Below, piece after piece: positions 55,633-64,000 of a stretch of 64,000 bases of DNA. This DNA comes from a bacterium BRH_c32 (GTDB taxonomy: Bacteria; Bacteroidota; Ignavibacteria; Ignavibacteriales; Melioribacteraceae). The translations under genes were made by a program, and so were the position numbers. The notes under the pieces were generated by a model that saw only the letters and a program-made list of their open reading frames with translations, searched no databases and had not been told where the DNA came from. The first letter of the stretch is position 1. Every line of letters starts with the position of its first letter. The stretch is from the NCBI GenBank assembly GCA_001516025.1, contig LOEU01000034.1:15468-79467 (forward strand). Direction: 5' to 3'.

Positions 55633-56676
55633 ATGAAAAAACAACTTAAAAATCTCTTCCTCCTTCCACTGCTTTTCTTTTTTATCTCTTGTTCTATTCA
55701 AGATAACAGTAAGGAGCTATTCACTTTTTCGGGTCCTACTATGGGAACGACCTACACAATTAAGATTGTGGAAGATTCTTCTGTGGCTAAAAATTCACTT
55801 AAGACAATAAAGGCAGAAGTGGATTCGGTATTAAAGGAGGTTAATAGGCAGATGTCCACCTATATACCAACATCCGAAATTTCAGTATTGAATAATGAGA
55901 AAAAAAATAAATGGGTAACAATTTCGCCGGATTTTGCGTATGTTTTAAGCAAGTCGATTGAAATGGGGAAGGAATCCGAAGGAGCGTTAGATATAACAGT
56001 CGGACCGCTAGTGAATCTATGGGGATTCGGACCAAAAGAGCATGAAAGAATAATCCCGCCCGATAGTGAAATTATTAAAACGATGGAATTAACGGGACTC
56101 GATAAAATTGAAGTGCAACTCAATCCTCCTTCGGCATTGAAAAAGATTGACGAAATCTATTGCGATCTTTCGGCAACAGCAAAGGGGTTTGGAGTAGATA
56201 AGGTAGCAGAATATCTTCATAGCAAGGGTTATAAGAATTTTTTAGTAGAAATTGGCGGTGAATTAAATGCAAGAGGATTGAACCATAAAGGAGAGAAATG
56301 GCTTGTAGGAATCTCAACCCCCGATCATTCCGGAAGAGTTGAATACGCAATTGGTTTAAATAATTATGCAATGGCAACATCTGGCGATTATTGGAATTAT
56401 TTCGAGGAGAACGGTGTAAGATATTCGCATACTATTGATCCTCGCACCGGAAAGCCGATTACACATAAATTAGCGTCTGTAACGGTACTTGATTCTACAT
56501 GCTTAATGGCAGATGGATTAGCTACCGCAATTAACGTAATGGGACCCGAAAAAGGATTAGAATTTGCTACAAAACGAAACCTTGCCATTTATATGATTGT
56601 AAGAAAGGGAGAAGGGTTTTATATCAAAAAATCACCAAAGTTCATTGAATTTTATGATGAAAAGGAAAAGGAATAA
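55633..56676 (+). CDS. apbE: FAD:protein FMN transferase (ApbE), lipoprotein
   Basis: Start moved from 55612 (inside the hairpin) to ATG 55633. It has lipobox FISC and ApbE blocks GTTYTIK, GALDITVGPL, SGDY and HTIDPRTG. Confidence 0.9.
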   Translation: MKKQLKNLFLLPLLFFFISCSIQDNSKELFTFSGPTMGTTYTIKIVEDSSVAKNSLKTIKAEVDSVLKEVNRQMSTYIPTSEISVLNNEKKNKWVTISPDFAYVLSKSIEMGKESEGALDITVGPLVNLWGFGPKEHERIIPPDSEIIKTMELTGLDKIEVQLNPPSALKKIDEIYCDLSATAKGFGVDKVAEYLHSKGYKNFLVEIGGELNARGLNHKGEKWLVGISTPDHSGRVEYAIGLNNYAMATSGDYWNYFEENGVRYSHTIDPRTGKPITHKLASVTVLDSTCLMADGLATAINVMGPEKGLEFATKRNLAIYMIVRKGEGFYIKKSPKFIEFYDEKEKE

Positions 56677-56882
56677 TGGCACAGTTTATAGGTTTAATAG
56701 TATTTTTTATTATTGCTACAATTGGAATGACTTTAGCACTCCATTTCAGTAAATATAAAAAAAGAGGCGATGCAGGTTGCTGCGGTGGCGGACATTGCGA
56801 TTCTAATGGTAAGCATGATGGTAATCATTCCTGTTATAGCAAGGGTTCTAAGTTCGTAGATGACTATAATAAAAAGGTATGA
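56676..56882 (+). CDS. nqrM: (Na+)-NQR maturation factor NqrM-like small membrane protein
   Basis: 68 aa with one TM followed by the Cys-rich CCGGGHCDS...C. It sits directly after apbE, overlapping its stop. Confidence 0.7.
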   Translation: MAQFIGLIVFFIIATIGMTLALHFSKYKKRGDAGCCGGGHCDSNGKHDGNHSCYSKGSKFVDDYNKKV

Positions 56883-56942
56883 TTTTATTATAATTCTCAA
56901 TAGATTTAAGTGTGTGTGTGAAAATTTTTAGGAATTGCAAAA

Positions 56943-58637
56943 ATGACAGATATAAAAAAGTTTACTCTATTGGAAGTATTTAACCAATCAACAACCCGAT
57001 TTCCCGATAATCAATTTATTTCTTTTGTCGAAACTCAGAGATATACTTATCACAGTTTCAAGGAGAAAGTTAAGTCGGTATCGGATTTTTTGAAGAACGA
57101 GGGTGTAATAGCCGGAGACCGAGTTGCGATATTAAGTGAGAATCAACCTAATTGGGGCGTTGCTTATTTCGCTATTACTATTCTGGGTGCTGTTGCAGTA
57201 CCTATAATGACTGAATTTCATTCAACCGAAATTGCTCATATCTTAAAGCATTCTGAATGTAAATTAATTTTCGTTTCAGGAAAATATTATTATAAAATAG
57301 AAGATATCGAAAATGATTTTTTGAGCTCTGTTGTGCTAGTGGATGATTTTTCGGTAGTTCCATTACACACTAAATCAGATATAATTAAGGAAGTGATTTC
57401 CGGTTCAAGAAAAGAATTTGCCAAGATAAAAGAAGCAGCAATGAAATTTGTTGGATTGCTTCCGGGTCAAGTGGAGGAAGATAATCTTGCTGCAATATTA
57501 TATACATCGGGCACGACAGGTCATTCAAAAGGTGTAATGTTAACTCATAAAAATATTGTATCGGATGCACTTTCCACACTTGATATGATCGATCTACATG
57601 AAAAGGATAGAATGCTTTCAATACTTCCTTTATTTCATACAATGGAAACAACACTCGGGCTTATTACACCGATGATTGTAGGCGCATCAGTAACATACTT
57701 AGATAAGCCACCAACCGCTGCTGCACTACTTCCTGCATTACTAAAAGTCAAGCCGACTGTTATGCTTTCGGTTCCTTTGGTAATAGAAAAAATTTATCGT
57801 AATAAAGTTCTCCCTGAATTTAATAAGAAAGCAATTTTAAGAGGTTTGTATAAAATACCTACGATAAGGAAGAAATTAAATAAAGTAGCAGGTAAGAAAT
57901 TGCTTCAAACATTCGGCGGTCAGCTAAAAATGTTCTGTATCGGCGGAGCGAAATTAGCTTCGGATGTAGAACGATTTTTAAAAGAAGCTGAATTTCCTTA
58001 TGCAATCGGATATGGACTTACGGAGACTTCGCCACTTATAACCGGTACAGACCAAACTGGGGTGCGATTCCGTGCTGCCGGTAAAGCAATGCTTTGGATG
58101 GAAGTGAAGATCGATAATCCTGATCCTAAAAATGGTGAAGGGGAAATACTGCTTAAAGGTCCGAATGTAATGAAAGGTTATTACAAAGATCCTGTAAAGA
58201 CTAAAGAGATTTTTACGGAAGACGGATGGTTTAGAAGTGGGGATTTAGGAGTTCTTGATAAAGATGGCTTCTTGTATATAATGGGAAGATCAAAGAATGT
58301 GATTATCGGGTCGAATGGAAAAAATATTTATCCGGAAGAATTAGAAGCTATAATAAATGAATTCCCGTTTGTTCAAGAAACCATTGTCGTTGAAAGAAAT
58401 TCTCTTTTGGTTGCAAAGGTATATTTGAATAATGAAGAAATTGATCAAGTATATAAAGTTCAGAAAATGAGTGAACACGAAGCAAGAGAATTAGTTTCTA
58501 AAATACTTGCAGAATTATTAGTTCAGGTAAATGAAAGAGTGAATACATTCTCTAAGATTAATAAAATAATTGAACAGCCGGAACCATTCGAAAAAACACC
58601 CACTCAGAAAATCAAACGATATCTATACGCTGATTAA
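56943..58637 (+). CDS. Long-chain fatty acid--CoA ligase (AMP-binding superfamily)
   Basis: 564 aa with AMP-binding motifs YTSGTTGHSKGV, GYGLTE and a C-terminal TPTQKIKR. Confidence 0.85.
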   Translation: MTDIKKFTLLEVFNQSTTRFPDNQFISFVETQRYTYHSFKEKVKSVSDFLKNEGVIAGDRVAILSENQPNWGVAYFAITILGAVAVPIMTEFHSTEIAHILKHSECKLIFVSGKYYYKIEDIENDFLSSVVLVDDFSVVPLHTKSDIIKEVISGSRKEFAKIKEAAMKFVGLLPGQVEEDNLAAILYTSGTTGHSKGVMLTHKNIVSDALSTLDMIDLHEKDRMLSILPLFHTMETTLGLITPMIVGASVTYLDKPPTAAALLPALLKVKPTVMLSVPLVIEKIYRNKVLPEFNKKAILRGLYKIPTIRKKLNKVAGKKLLQTFGGQLKMFCIGGAKLASDVERFLKEAEFPYAIGYGLTETSPLITGTDQTGVRFRAAGKAMLWMEVKIDNPDPKNGEGEILLKGPNVMKGYYKDPVKTKEIFTEDGWFRSGDLGVLDKDGFLYIMGRSKNVIIGSNGKNIYPEELEAIINEFPFVQETIVVERNSLLVAKVYLNNEEIDQVYKVQKMSEHEARELVSKILAELLVQVNERVNTFSKINKIIEQPEPFEKTPTQKIKRYLYAD

Positions 58638-58657
58638 TAATAGCTATAATTTTCTAT

Positions 58658-58682
58658 GGTATGTCGGGAATCCCGACATACC
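58658..58682 (+). terminator. Intrinsic terminator after the acyl-CoA ligase gene
   Basis: GGTATGTCGGGA pairs with TCCCGACATACC, followed by TTTGTTTT. Confidence 0.75.
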
Positions 58683-58782
58683 TTTGTTTTCTTATAGTTA
58701 ATTGTTTGACGTTTACTGCATTCCGATTCGATTTTTATATATCTTTCCTTAGATTTGTATATCACATAAGGATTTTAACGAC

Positions 58783-60432
58783 ATGAAAAAAGCATATCTA
58801 TTAATTTCAATTCTATTAATCACTCTTATGGCTTGCTCTACAATGAAAGAGATCAAAGAAAATCAATCACAAATTGCAATCATACCAAAACCCGTTTCGG
58901 TAGTAGCTCACGAAGGGCAATTCGTCCTGGATAAAAAAACTTCGCTTGAATTTAATGCAAGCGATAAAGAGTTGCTCAATATAGCGGAATATTTTAATTC
59001 GATTTTGATGAAGAGTGCCGGTTTTCAATTACAAATCAATGGGAATGGAGGCAATATAATAATCCTGAAATTAGCTAGTGAAAAACTAGGAAAAGAGGGA
59101 TATGAAATCAACGTAACCGATGATGAAGTAGTTATTAAAGCGAATGATTATCCGGGAATTTTTTACGGAGTTGAATCATTGCTTCAATTACTTCCTCCGG
59201 AAATTTATAGCAAAACCAAAGTTTCGGGTATTCAATGGACAATCCCTGCAGCAACAATAAAAGATGCTCCGAAATATCAATGGCGCGGAATGCATCTCGA
59301 TGTCTCCCGTCATTTCTTTAAGACAGATGTAGTAAAACGGTATATTGATTATCTTGCTTACCATAAGTTGAATGTTTTCCATTGGCATTTAACTGACGAT
59401 CAAGGTTGGAGAATAGAGATAAAAAAATATCCTAAATTGACCGAAATTGGCGGATTCAGAGTTGACCGTTCGGGAATTAATTGGAATGAAAGAGAACTTC
59501 CAAAACAGGGTGAAAAAACTCCCTATGGCGGATTTTATACTCAAGATGAGATAAAAGATGTAATCGATTATGCGGCAAAAAGATATATTACAATCGTACC
59601 CGAAATCGAAATGCCGGGACATGCATTAGCAGCATTAGCAGCTTATCCCGAACTCTCTTGTACGGGTGGACCGTTTATGGTAGCCGGTGGACAGTATTGG
59701 CCTATTACTCACATATTCTGTGCTGGTAATGACGATACTTTTACACTTTTAGAAAATGTATTGGATGAAGTAATCGCTCTATTCCCGGGAAAATATATTC
59801 ATATCGGTGGAGATGAAGCTGCAAAAGATGAATGGCAAAAATGCCCAAAATGCCAAGCTCGAATAAAAGCCGAAGGATTGAAAGATGAAGTGGAATTACA
59901 AAGTTACTTCATTAAGAGAATCGAAAAATTTATTGCATCGAAAGGAAAGACACTTTTGGGATGGGATGAGATTATCGAGGGTGGACTTCCCGAAAGAGCC
60001 GCCGTAATGTCTTGGAGAGGCATGGAAGGTGGGGCTCACGCAATGAAAGAGGGGCATGACGTGGTTATGAGCCCTTATCAGTTTGTATATTTTGATTATC
60101 TACAAGGCGACAAAGAGAATGAACCCGAAGGTCCGAGAGCAGTTCTTCCTTTGGAGAAAGTATATTCATTCGAGCTGATGCCCGAAGGCATTGATAAAGA
60201 TTTGCAGAAGCATCTTTTAGGGGGACAGGCGAACGTATGGACAGAATTTATTCCTACCGAAGAACGTATTGAATATATGCTATTCCCTCGTATTGCGGCA
60301 CTTTCAGAATCTGTTTGGACAGTAAGCTCACAGAAAGATTATACCGACTTTATGAAGCGAATGGATACACAAAGGAAACGTTACGATGCCCTGAAAGTGG
60401 ATTATGCAAAGTCTTCTTGGGGATATAAATAA
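58783..60432 (+). CDS. GH20 beta-N-acetylhexosaminidase, lipoprotein
   Basis: 549 aa with lipobox LMAC and GH20 catalytic-region motifs HWHLTDDQGWR and HIGGDE. Confidence 0.9.
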   Translation: MKKAYLLISILLITLMACSTMKEIKENQSQIAIIPKPVSVVAHEGQFVLDKKTSLEFNASDKELLNIAEYFNSILMKSAGFQLQINGNGGNIIILKLASEKLGKEGYEINVTDDEVVIKANDYPGIFYGVESLLQLLPPEIYSKTKVSGIQWTIPAATIKDAPKYQWRGMHLDVSRHFFKTDVVKRYIDYLAYHKLNVFHWHLTDDQGWRIEIKKYPKLTEIGGFRVDRSGINWNERELPKQGEKTPYGGFYTQDEIKDVIDYAAKRYITIVPEIEMPGHALAALAAYPELSCTGGPFMVAGGQYWPITHIFCAGNDDTFTLLENVLDEVIALFPGKYIHIGGDEAAKDEWQKCPKCQARIKAEGLKDEVELQSYFIKRIEKFIASKGKTLLGWDEIIEGGLPERAAVMSWRGMEGGAHAMKEGHDVVMSPYQFVYFDYLQGDKENEPEGPRAVLPLEKVYSFELMPEGIDKDLQKHLLGGQANVWTEFIPTEERIEYMLFPRIAALSESVWTVSSQKDYTDFMKRMDTQRKRYDALKVDYAKSSWGYK

Positions 60433-60478
60433 TAATTAAGGTTGTATGTTTTCTTAGAAGTAATTGATTAGGAAATTA

Positions 60479-60510
60479 AGTGCAGCGGTTTAATCCGCTG
60501 CACTATTTTT
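60479..60510 (+). terminator. Intrinsic terminator after the GH20 gene
   Basis: AGTGCAGCGG pairs with CCGCTGCACT, followed by ATTTTT. Confidence 0.75.
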
Positions 60511-60626
60511 ATAATATTTAATAAATTTCGGCTGCAGTGCATTATTGTTCAATTTCAAATTTACGGCAGTAAATAGACTTTACTGCCAATTTATAAAATT
60601 TGATAAACGAAAAAAATATTGCTGCA

Positions 60627-61919
60627 TTACATTCTTTTAACTTTCACTCCGAGGAACTCTTCTAATTTATCATAGATTATTTTCTTTTCTTCATCGGAGA
60701 AGTTTTTAATCCGTGTACCGTGTGAACCGCCTTTTTTTACCATCTTCACCGAATTAGTAAGACCAAGCAATTCTACTGCTGTGGAAGTCCATGTATCATA
60801 TCCGCCATAAATGAAGATAAAATTATTGGCTTTCTGCTGGACCCAATTATAAACACCTTGATTCAATTTACAGTCGTAATTTACCGATGCATCTTTAGGA
60901 ACGAATAAAATATTAGAAGCACTCTTGGTTAATTTTTTCATATACTGTTTGAAATCTGTTATATCGTAACTATAATATCCTTCTTCATTATATGCCTGAA
61001 CAAAAAATGAATGAAGTCCTTGAACGTCTTTCTTTGTGTACATACTAAGTCCAACTACCTTCTTAAGATGCTTATAAAGTTCGGGCGATGAAGAATTAGG
61101 AGCGGGAATATCTTCTTGCTTATGTCCCCATTGCCAAAATGAAAATGGATATTCAAGAACTTGAAATTCAAATGCAGTCTCTGCATCCACATACATATCT
61201 AAAGAATCGGTGGCAATTTCATTATTAATAAATCCCATCATTTCATCAAAGCGTTTGAAAACTTCTAACTGAAATTCTTTTATTTTTTCACGTGTTTCGT
61301 CCGAGCCGATTGAATTTAACCAATGATAAATTCGGGGGTCTTCTTGAGCAAGATTTAATGGTGCTACATAAGGAACTGAAGCATCTACATCATTAGGATA
61401 AAAATAGCTATGGTAGATAGTAGTCTGCCCGCCTTTACTGATTCCTGTATTAACCCATTTACCGGTATAAAGTTTTTTGAATGCTTCCACCACTGCATGA
61501 TGATCCGCGGCTGCTTGAGCTACGGTAAGATATTTCCAATCGAAATTAGCACTATCGGGACGGGAATTATTAAAGTATCGATGTTCTACGACTATCTGAT
61601 TAGAATTAAGCATTCTCGAAAGTTCATAAGGTGCTCCCGACCAAATTCCATAACCTTCGGTAACCAATAAAGTAGGACTTATAAAATTTACATTGGATAC
61701 AATTAAACGCTGTGGGAAAGTAGGACCCGAAGGATTATTGTGATCTAAAAGCTGTTTGAAAATTACTTCGTAAGACTCGCTATACATTGTATCATGCTTC
61801 ATTTCTTTGAAAGCGATTACTTGGGGCATTTTTTTAAGTGCATCGGCGAGCTGTCCTTGAGCTTGAAGAGAAACAAAAGAAAAAAGTATGACAAAGAGAT
61901 AGATAATACGTTTTTGCAT
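60627..61919 (-). CDS. Secreted alpha/beta-hydrolase serine peptidase, S28/S37-like
   Basis: 430 aa with a signal peptide. It has the S28-like block FKQLLDHNNPSGPTFPQRL and a nucleophile-elbow-like GISKGG. Confidence 0.55.
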   Translation of the reverse strand: MQKRIIYLFVILFSFVSLQAQGQLADALKKMPQVIAFKEMKHDTMYSESYEVIFKQLLDHNNPSGPTFPQRLIVSNVNFISPTLLVTEGYGIWSGAPYELSRMLNSNQIVVEHRYFNNSRPDSANFDWKYLTVAQAAADHHAVVEAFKKLYTGKWVNTGISKGGQTTIYHSYFYPNDVDASVPYVAPLNLAQEDPRIYHWLNSIGSDETREKIKEFQLEVFKRFDEMMGFINNEIATDSLDMYVDAETAFEFQVLEYPFSFWQWGHKQEDIPAPNSSSPELYKHLKKVVGLSMYTKKDVQGLHSFFVQAYNEEGYYSYDITDFKQYMKKLTKSASNILFVPKDASVNYDCKLNQGVYNWVQQKANNFIFIYGGYDTWTSTAVELLGLTNSVKMVKKGGSHGTRIKNFSDEEKKIIYDKLEEFLGVKVKRM

Positions 61920-61942
61920 GGAATGAACTCCTAAAAAAATAT

Positions 61943-61968
61943 TCCCTCGGCTAAGGAAAGCCGAGGGA
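61943..61968 (-). terminator. Intrinsic terminator after pruA
   Basis: TCCCTCGGC pairs with GCCGAGGGA. The minus strand continues ATATTTTTTT. Confidence 0.75.
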
Positions 61969-61997
61969 TATGAAATTAATTATACTATTAAAATTTT

Positions 61998-63635
61998 TTA
62001 TTTCTCTTGAAGGAATGGATATCTATAATCGCGAAGAGGAATAAAGTTTTCTTTAATTGTACGAGCAGAGACCCATCTGATAAGGTTCAAATGGCTGCCA
62101 GCTTTATCATTAGTACCGCTACCGCGAGCACCGCCGAATGGCTGTTGACCAACTACCGCACCGGTCGGTTTATCATTAATATAGAAATTACCTGCCGAAT
62201 GTAATAATGCTTTGCTTGCTATATCGACAGCGAATTTATCATTAGCAAAAATTGCTCCGGTAAGTGCATAAGGAGAAGTTTCATCACAGAGGGTTAATGT
62301 TTCTTCAAACTTATTATCGTCATAAACATAAAGAGTAAGTACAGGTCCGAAAATCTCTTCTTCCATCGATTTGAATTTTGGATTAGTAGTAACGATAACA
62401 GTCGGTTCAACAAAATATCCCACCGAACTATCATAATTACCGCCTACAATAATTTCGGCATCGTTAGCGTTTTTAGCATAGTCGATATATTCGGTGATTG
62501 TATCAAATGCACCTTTATCGATAACGGCATTGAAGAAATTAGTGAAATCGGTTGGGTCGCCCATTTTAATTGTTTTAATCTCTTCAACAATATATTCTTT
62601 TAATTGACCCCAGATAGATTTAGGAATATAAGCGCGTGAGGCAGCAGAGCATTTCTGTCCCTGATATTCAAACGCACCGCGAATAAGAGAAACACCAAGA
62701 GAAACCACATCAGCACTTGAATGAGCGAAAATAAAATCTTTCCCACCTGTTTCGCCTACGAGACGTGGATATGATTTATACTTAGGTAAATTATTTGCTG
62801 CTACTTTCCACATGTTTTGGAATACAGGTGTGCTTCCGGTAAAGTGAATTCCGCCGAAATGTTCTGAATCCATAACTGGGTTACCGACTTTTGAGCCGGA
62901 ACCGGGGATGAAATTAATAACGCCGGCAGGCAAACCTGCTGCTTCTAATAATTTCATAATATAATAAGCTGAATAAACTGAACTTGATGCCGGTTTAAGT
63001 AAAGCTACGTTACCCATAATTGCAGGTGCGGTAGGTAGATTACCGGTAATTGATGTAAAATTGAATGGAGCTACTGCGAAAATGAACCCTTCTAAGGAAC
63101 GATATTCTAAGCGATTCCATTGACCGACAGGTGAATACATCGGCTGTTCGCTATAAATTTGATTTGCATAATGAACATTAAAGCGGAAGAAATCTACAAG
63201 TTCGCATGCACTATCAATTTCTGCTTGAAATGGATTTTTACTCTGTCCGAGCATTGTAGCTGCATTAATTGTATAGCGCCATTCGGTATTAGCTAATAAA
63301 TCGGCAGCTTTCAAGAATATAGCTGCTCGATCGCTAAAATCCATTCTCGACCATGCTTTATGAGCTTCCATATTCGAATCGATTGCCGAATTTACTTCCT
63401 TTTCACTTACTTTGTGATAAGTTCCGAGTTGATGCTGATGATTATGAGGCATTACACATTTATCTGTATTGCCTGTTCTAATCTCTTTTCCACCGATAAT
63501 TATAGGTATATCAATCATGTTGTTTGAAAGTTCATCTAACTTAGCTTTCAAAGCTTTCTTTTCAGGTGAACCGGGTGCATAATTTCTTATCGGTTCATTC
63601 TGTGGTACGGGTGTCTTAAAGTTTGCGTTTGCCAT
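61998..63635 (-). CDS. pruA: L-glutamate gamma-semialdehyde (1-pyrroline-5-carboxylate) dehydrogenase
   Basis: 545 aa aldehyde dehydrogenase with the catalytic context GETGGKD and EYQGQKCSA. The length is typical of stand-alone PruA. Confidence 0.9.
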   Translation of the reverse strand: MANANFKTPVPQNEPIRNYAPGSPEKKALKAKLDELSNNMIDIPIIIGGKEIRTGNTDKCVMPHNHQHQLGTYHKVSEKEVNSAIDSNMEAHKAWSRMDFSDRAAIFLKAADLLANTEWRYTINAATMLGQSKNPFQAEIDSACELVDFFRFNVHYANQIYSEQPMYSPVGQWNRLEYRSLEGFIFAVAPFNFTSITGNLPTAPAIMGNVALLKPASSSVYSAYYIMKLLEAAGLPAGVINFIPGSGSKVGNPVMDSEHFGGIHFTGSTPVFQNMWKVAANNLPKYKSYPRLVGETGGKDFIFAHSSADVVSLGVSLIRGAFEYQGQKCSAASRAYIPKSIWGQLKEYIVEEIKTIKMGDPTDFTNFFNAVIDKGAFDTITEYIDYAKNANDAEIIVGGNYDSSVGYFVEPTVIVTTNPKFKSMEEEIFGPVLTLYVYDDNKFEETLTLCDETSPYALTGAIFANDKFAVDIASKALLHSAGNFYINDKPTGAVVGQQPFGGARGSGTNDKAGSHLNLIRWVSARTIKENFIPLRDYRYPFLQEK

Positions 63636-63688
63636 ACTCCCTTTCTCTTTTTTTGATTAAATAATACAATAAAATCCGTTATTATAAT

Positions 63689-64000
63689 TTATACAATTTT
63701 GTTTGATAAAGCATCTTTTAAGGAAGCGATTAATAGCTCAATCATTTTTTCGTTTGAATTATAGCCCATAAGTCCGATTCTCCAAACTTTCCCTGCCAAA
63801 GTTCCGAGTCCTGCACCAATTTCGATGCTATAATCATTAAGAAGAATTTTCCTGATTACTTCTTCGTTAATGCCCTCGGGTACTTTAACCGTAATAAGAT
63901 TTGGAATACGCTCTGATTCAGGTGTAAGAGGTTCGAGACCGATTGAGCTAAGTTTCTTTACCAACTGCACAGAATTTTCTTTATGTCTGCGCCAGCTATT
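63689..64000 (-). CDS. Class-V aminotransferase (alanine-glyoxylate/serine-pyruvate type), C-terminal part only
   Basis: The reading frame is open to the window edge. The C-terminal block GAGLGTLAGKVWRIGLMGYNS is typical of AGXT-like enzymes. The 5' end lies outside the window. Confidence 0.6.
   Translation of the reverse strand, partial: NSWRRHKENSVQLVKKLSSIGLEPLTPESERIPNLITVKVPEGINEEVIRKILLNDYSIEIGAGLGTLAGKVWRIGLMGYNSNEKMIELLIASLKDALSNKIV

Noticed and set aside
1009-56588. There are many 60-130-aa ORFs antisense to or nested inside long genes. Examples are 1009-1203, 2023-2286, 4320-4541, 4892-5239, 9356-9673, 13486-13878, 16545-16868, 17289-17558, 31137-31487, 32044-32436, 34328-34606, 38378-39588 and 55841-56588.
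   Set aside because: All lie fully within much longer ORFs that have clear family motifs. Their translations are low-complexity (Ile/Phe/Lys/Ser-rich), as expected for shadow frames in AT-rich DNA. None has a start context or a recognisable motif.
56910-56920. There is a (GT)5 microsatellite upstream of the acyl-CoA ligase gene.
   Set aside because: It has only five units, is not in a coding frame and is not positioned between recognisable -35/-10 elements. There is no evidence for phase variation.
1-64000. I looked for a CRISPR array, rRNA, transposase/IS elements, prophage genes and recognisable defence systems (restriction-modification, toxin-antitoxin, Cas, nuclease-helicase clusters).
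   Set aside because: I saw no regularly spaced direct repeats and none of the signature proteins. The only NTPase/nucleic-acid enzymes are housekeeping DnaG and RadA plus an MlaF-like ABC ATPase.

Overview
This is an AT-rich bacterial chromosomal window. By inference it comes from the FCB superphylum and looks Ignavibacteria-like: many proteins end in T9SS-type C-terminal sorting domains (NYPNPFNP...), the TonB receptors carry CarboxypepD_reg fusions, IspG is the long form, and Na+-NQR is present. I support about 50 protein genes and one tRNA-Arg(CCG). I saw no rRNA, CRISPR array, transposase or integrase. Housekeeping blocks are carAB, dnaG, ispG, the Nif3/zinc-ribbon pair, radA, nqrABCDEF-apbE-nqrM, an acyl-CoA ligase and pruA. 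Accessory content comprises (i) a TonB receptor-DUF4249-RlpA-like-tricorn protease operon (192-7121, minus strand), (ii) a GH92/GH125 mannosidase pair plus a separate GH20 hexosaminidase, and (iii) the most interesting part, a tightly packed 16-kb plus-strand locus (28.4-44.6 kb). That locus combines four peptidases with three S51 (cyanophycinase/PepE family) domains, a YfcC-type carrier, an RpiR/SIS regulator, a TonB-dependent receptor with no SusD partner, a PorV/PorQ-like barrel and three T9SS-CTD cargo proteins of unknown family. I read it as a candidate, apparently undescribed, outer-membrane utilization system for a cyanophycin-like or other isopeptide/glycopeptide polymer. All family calls come from motif recognition by eye on the supplied translations. 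No database search, HMM or structure prediction was run.
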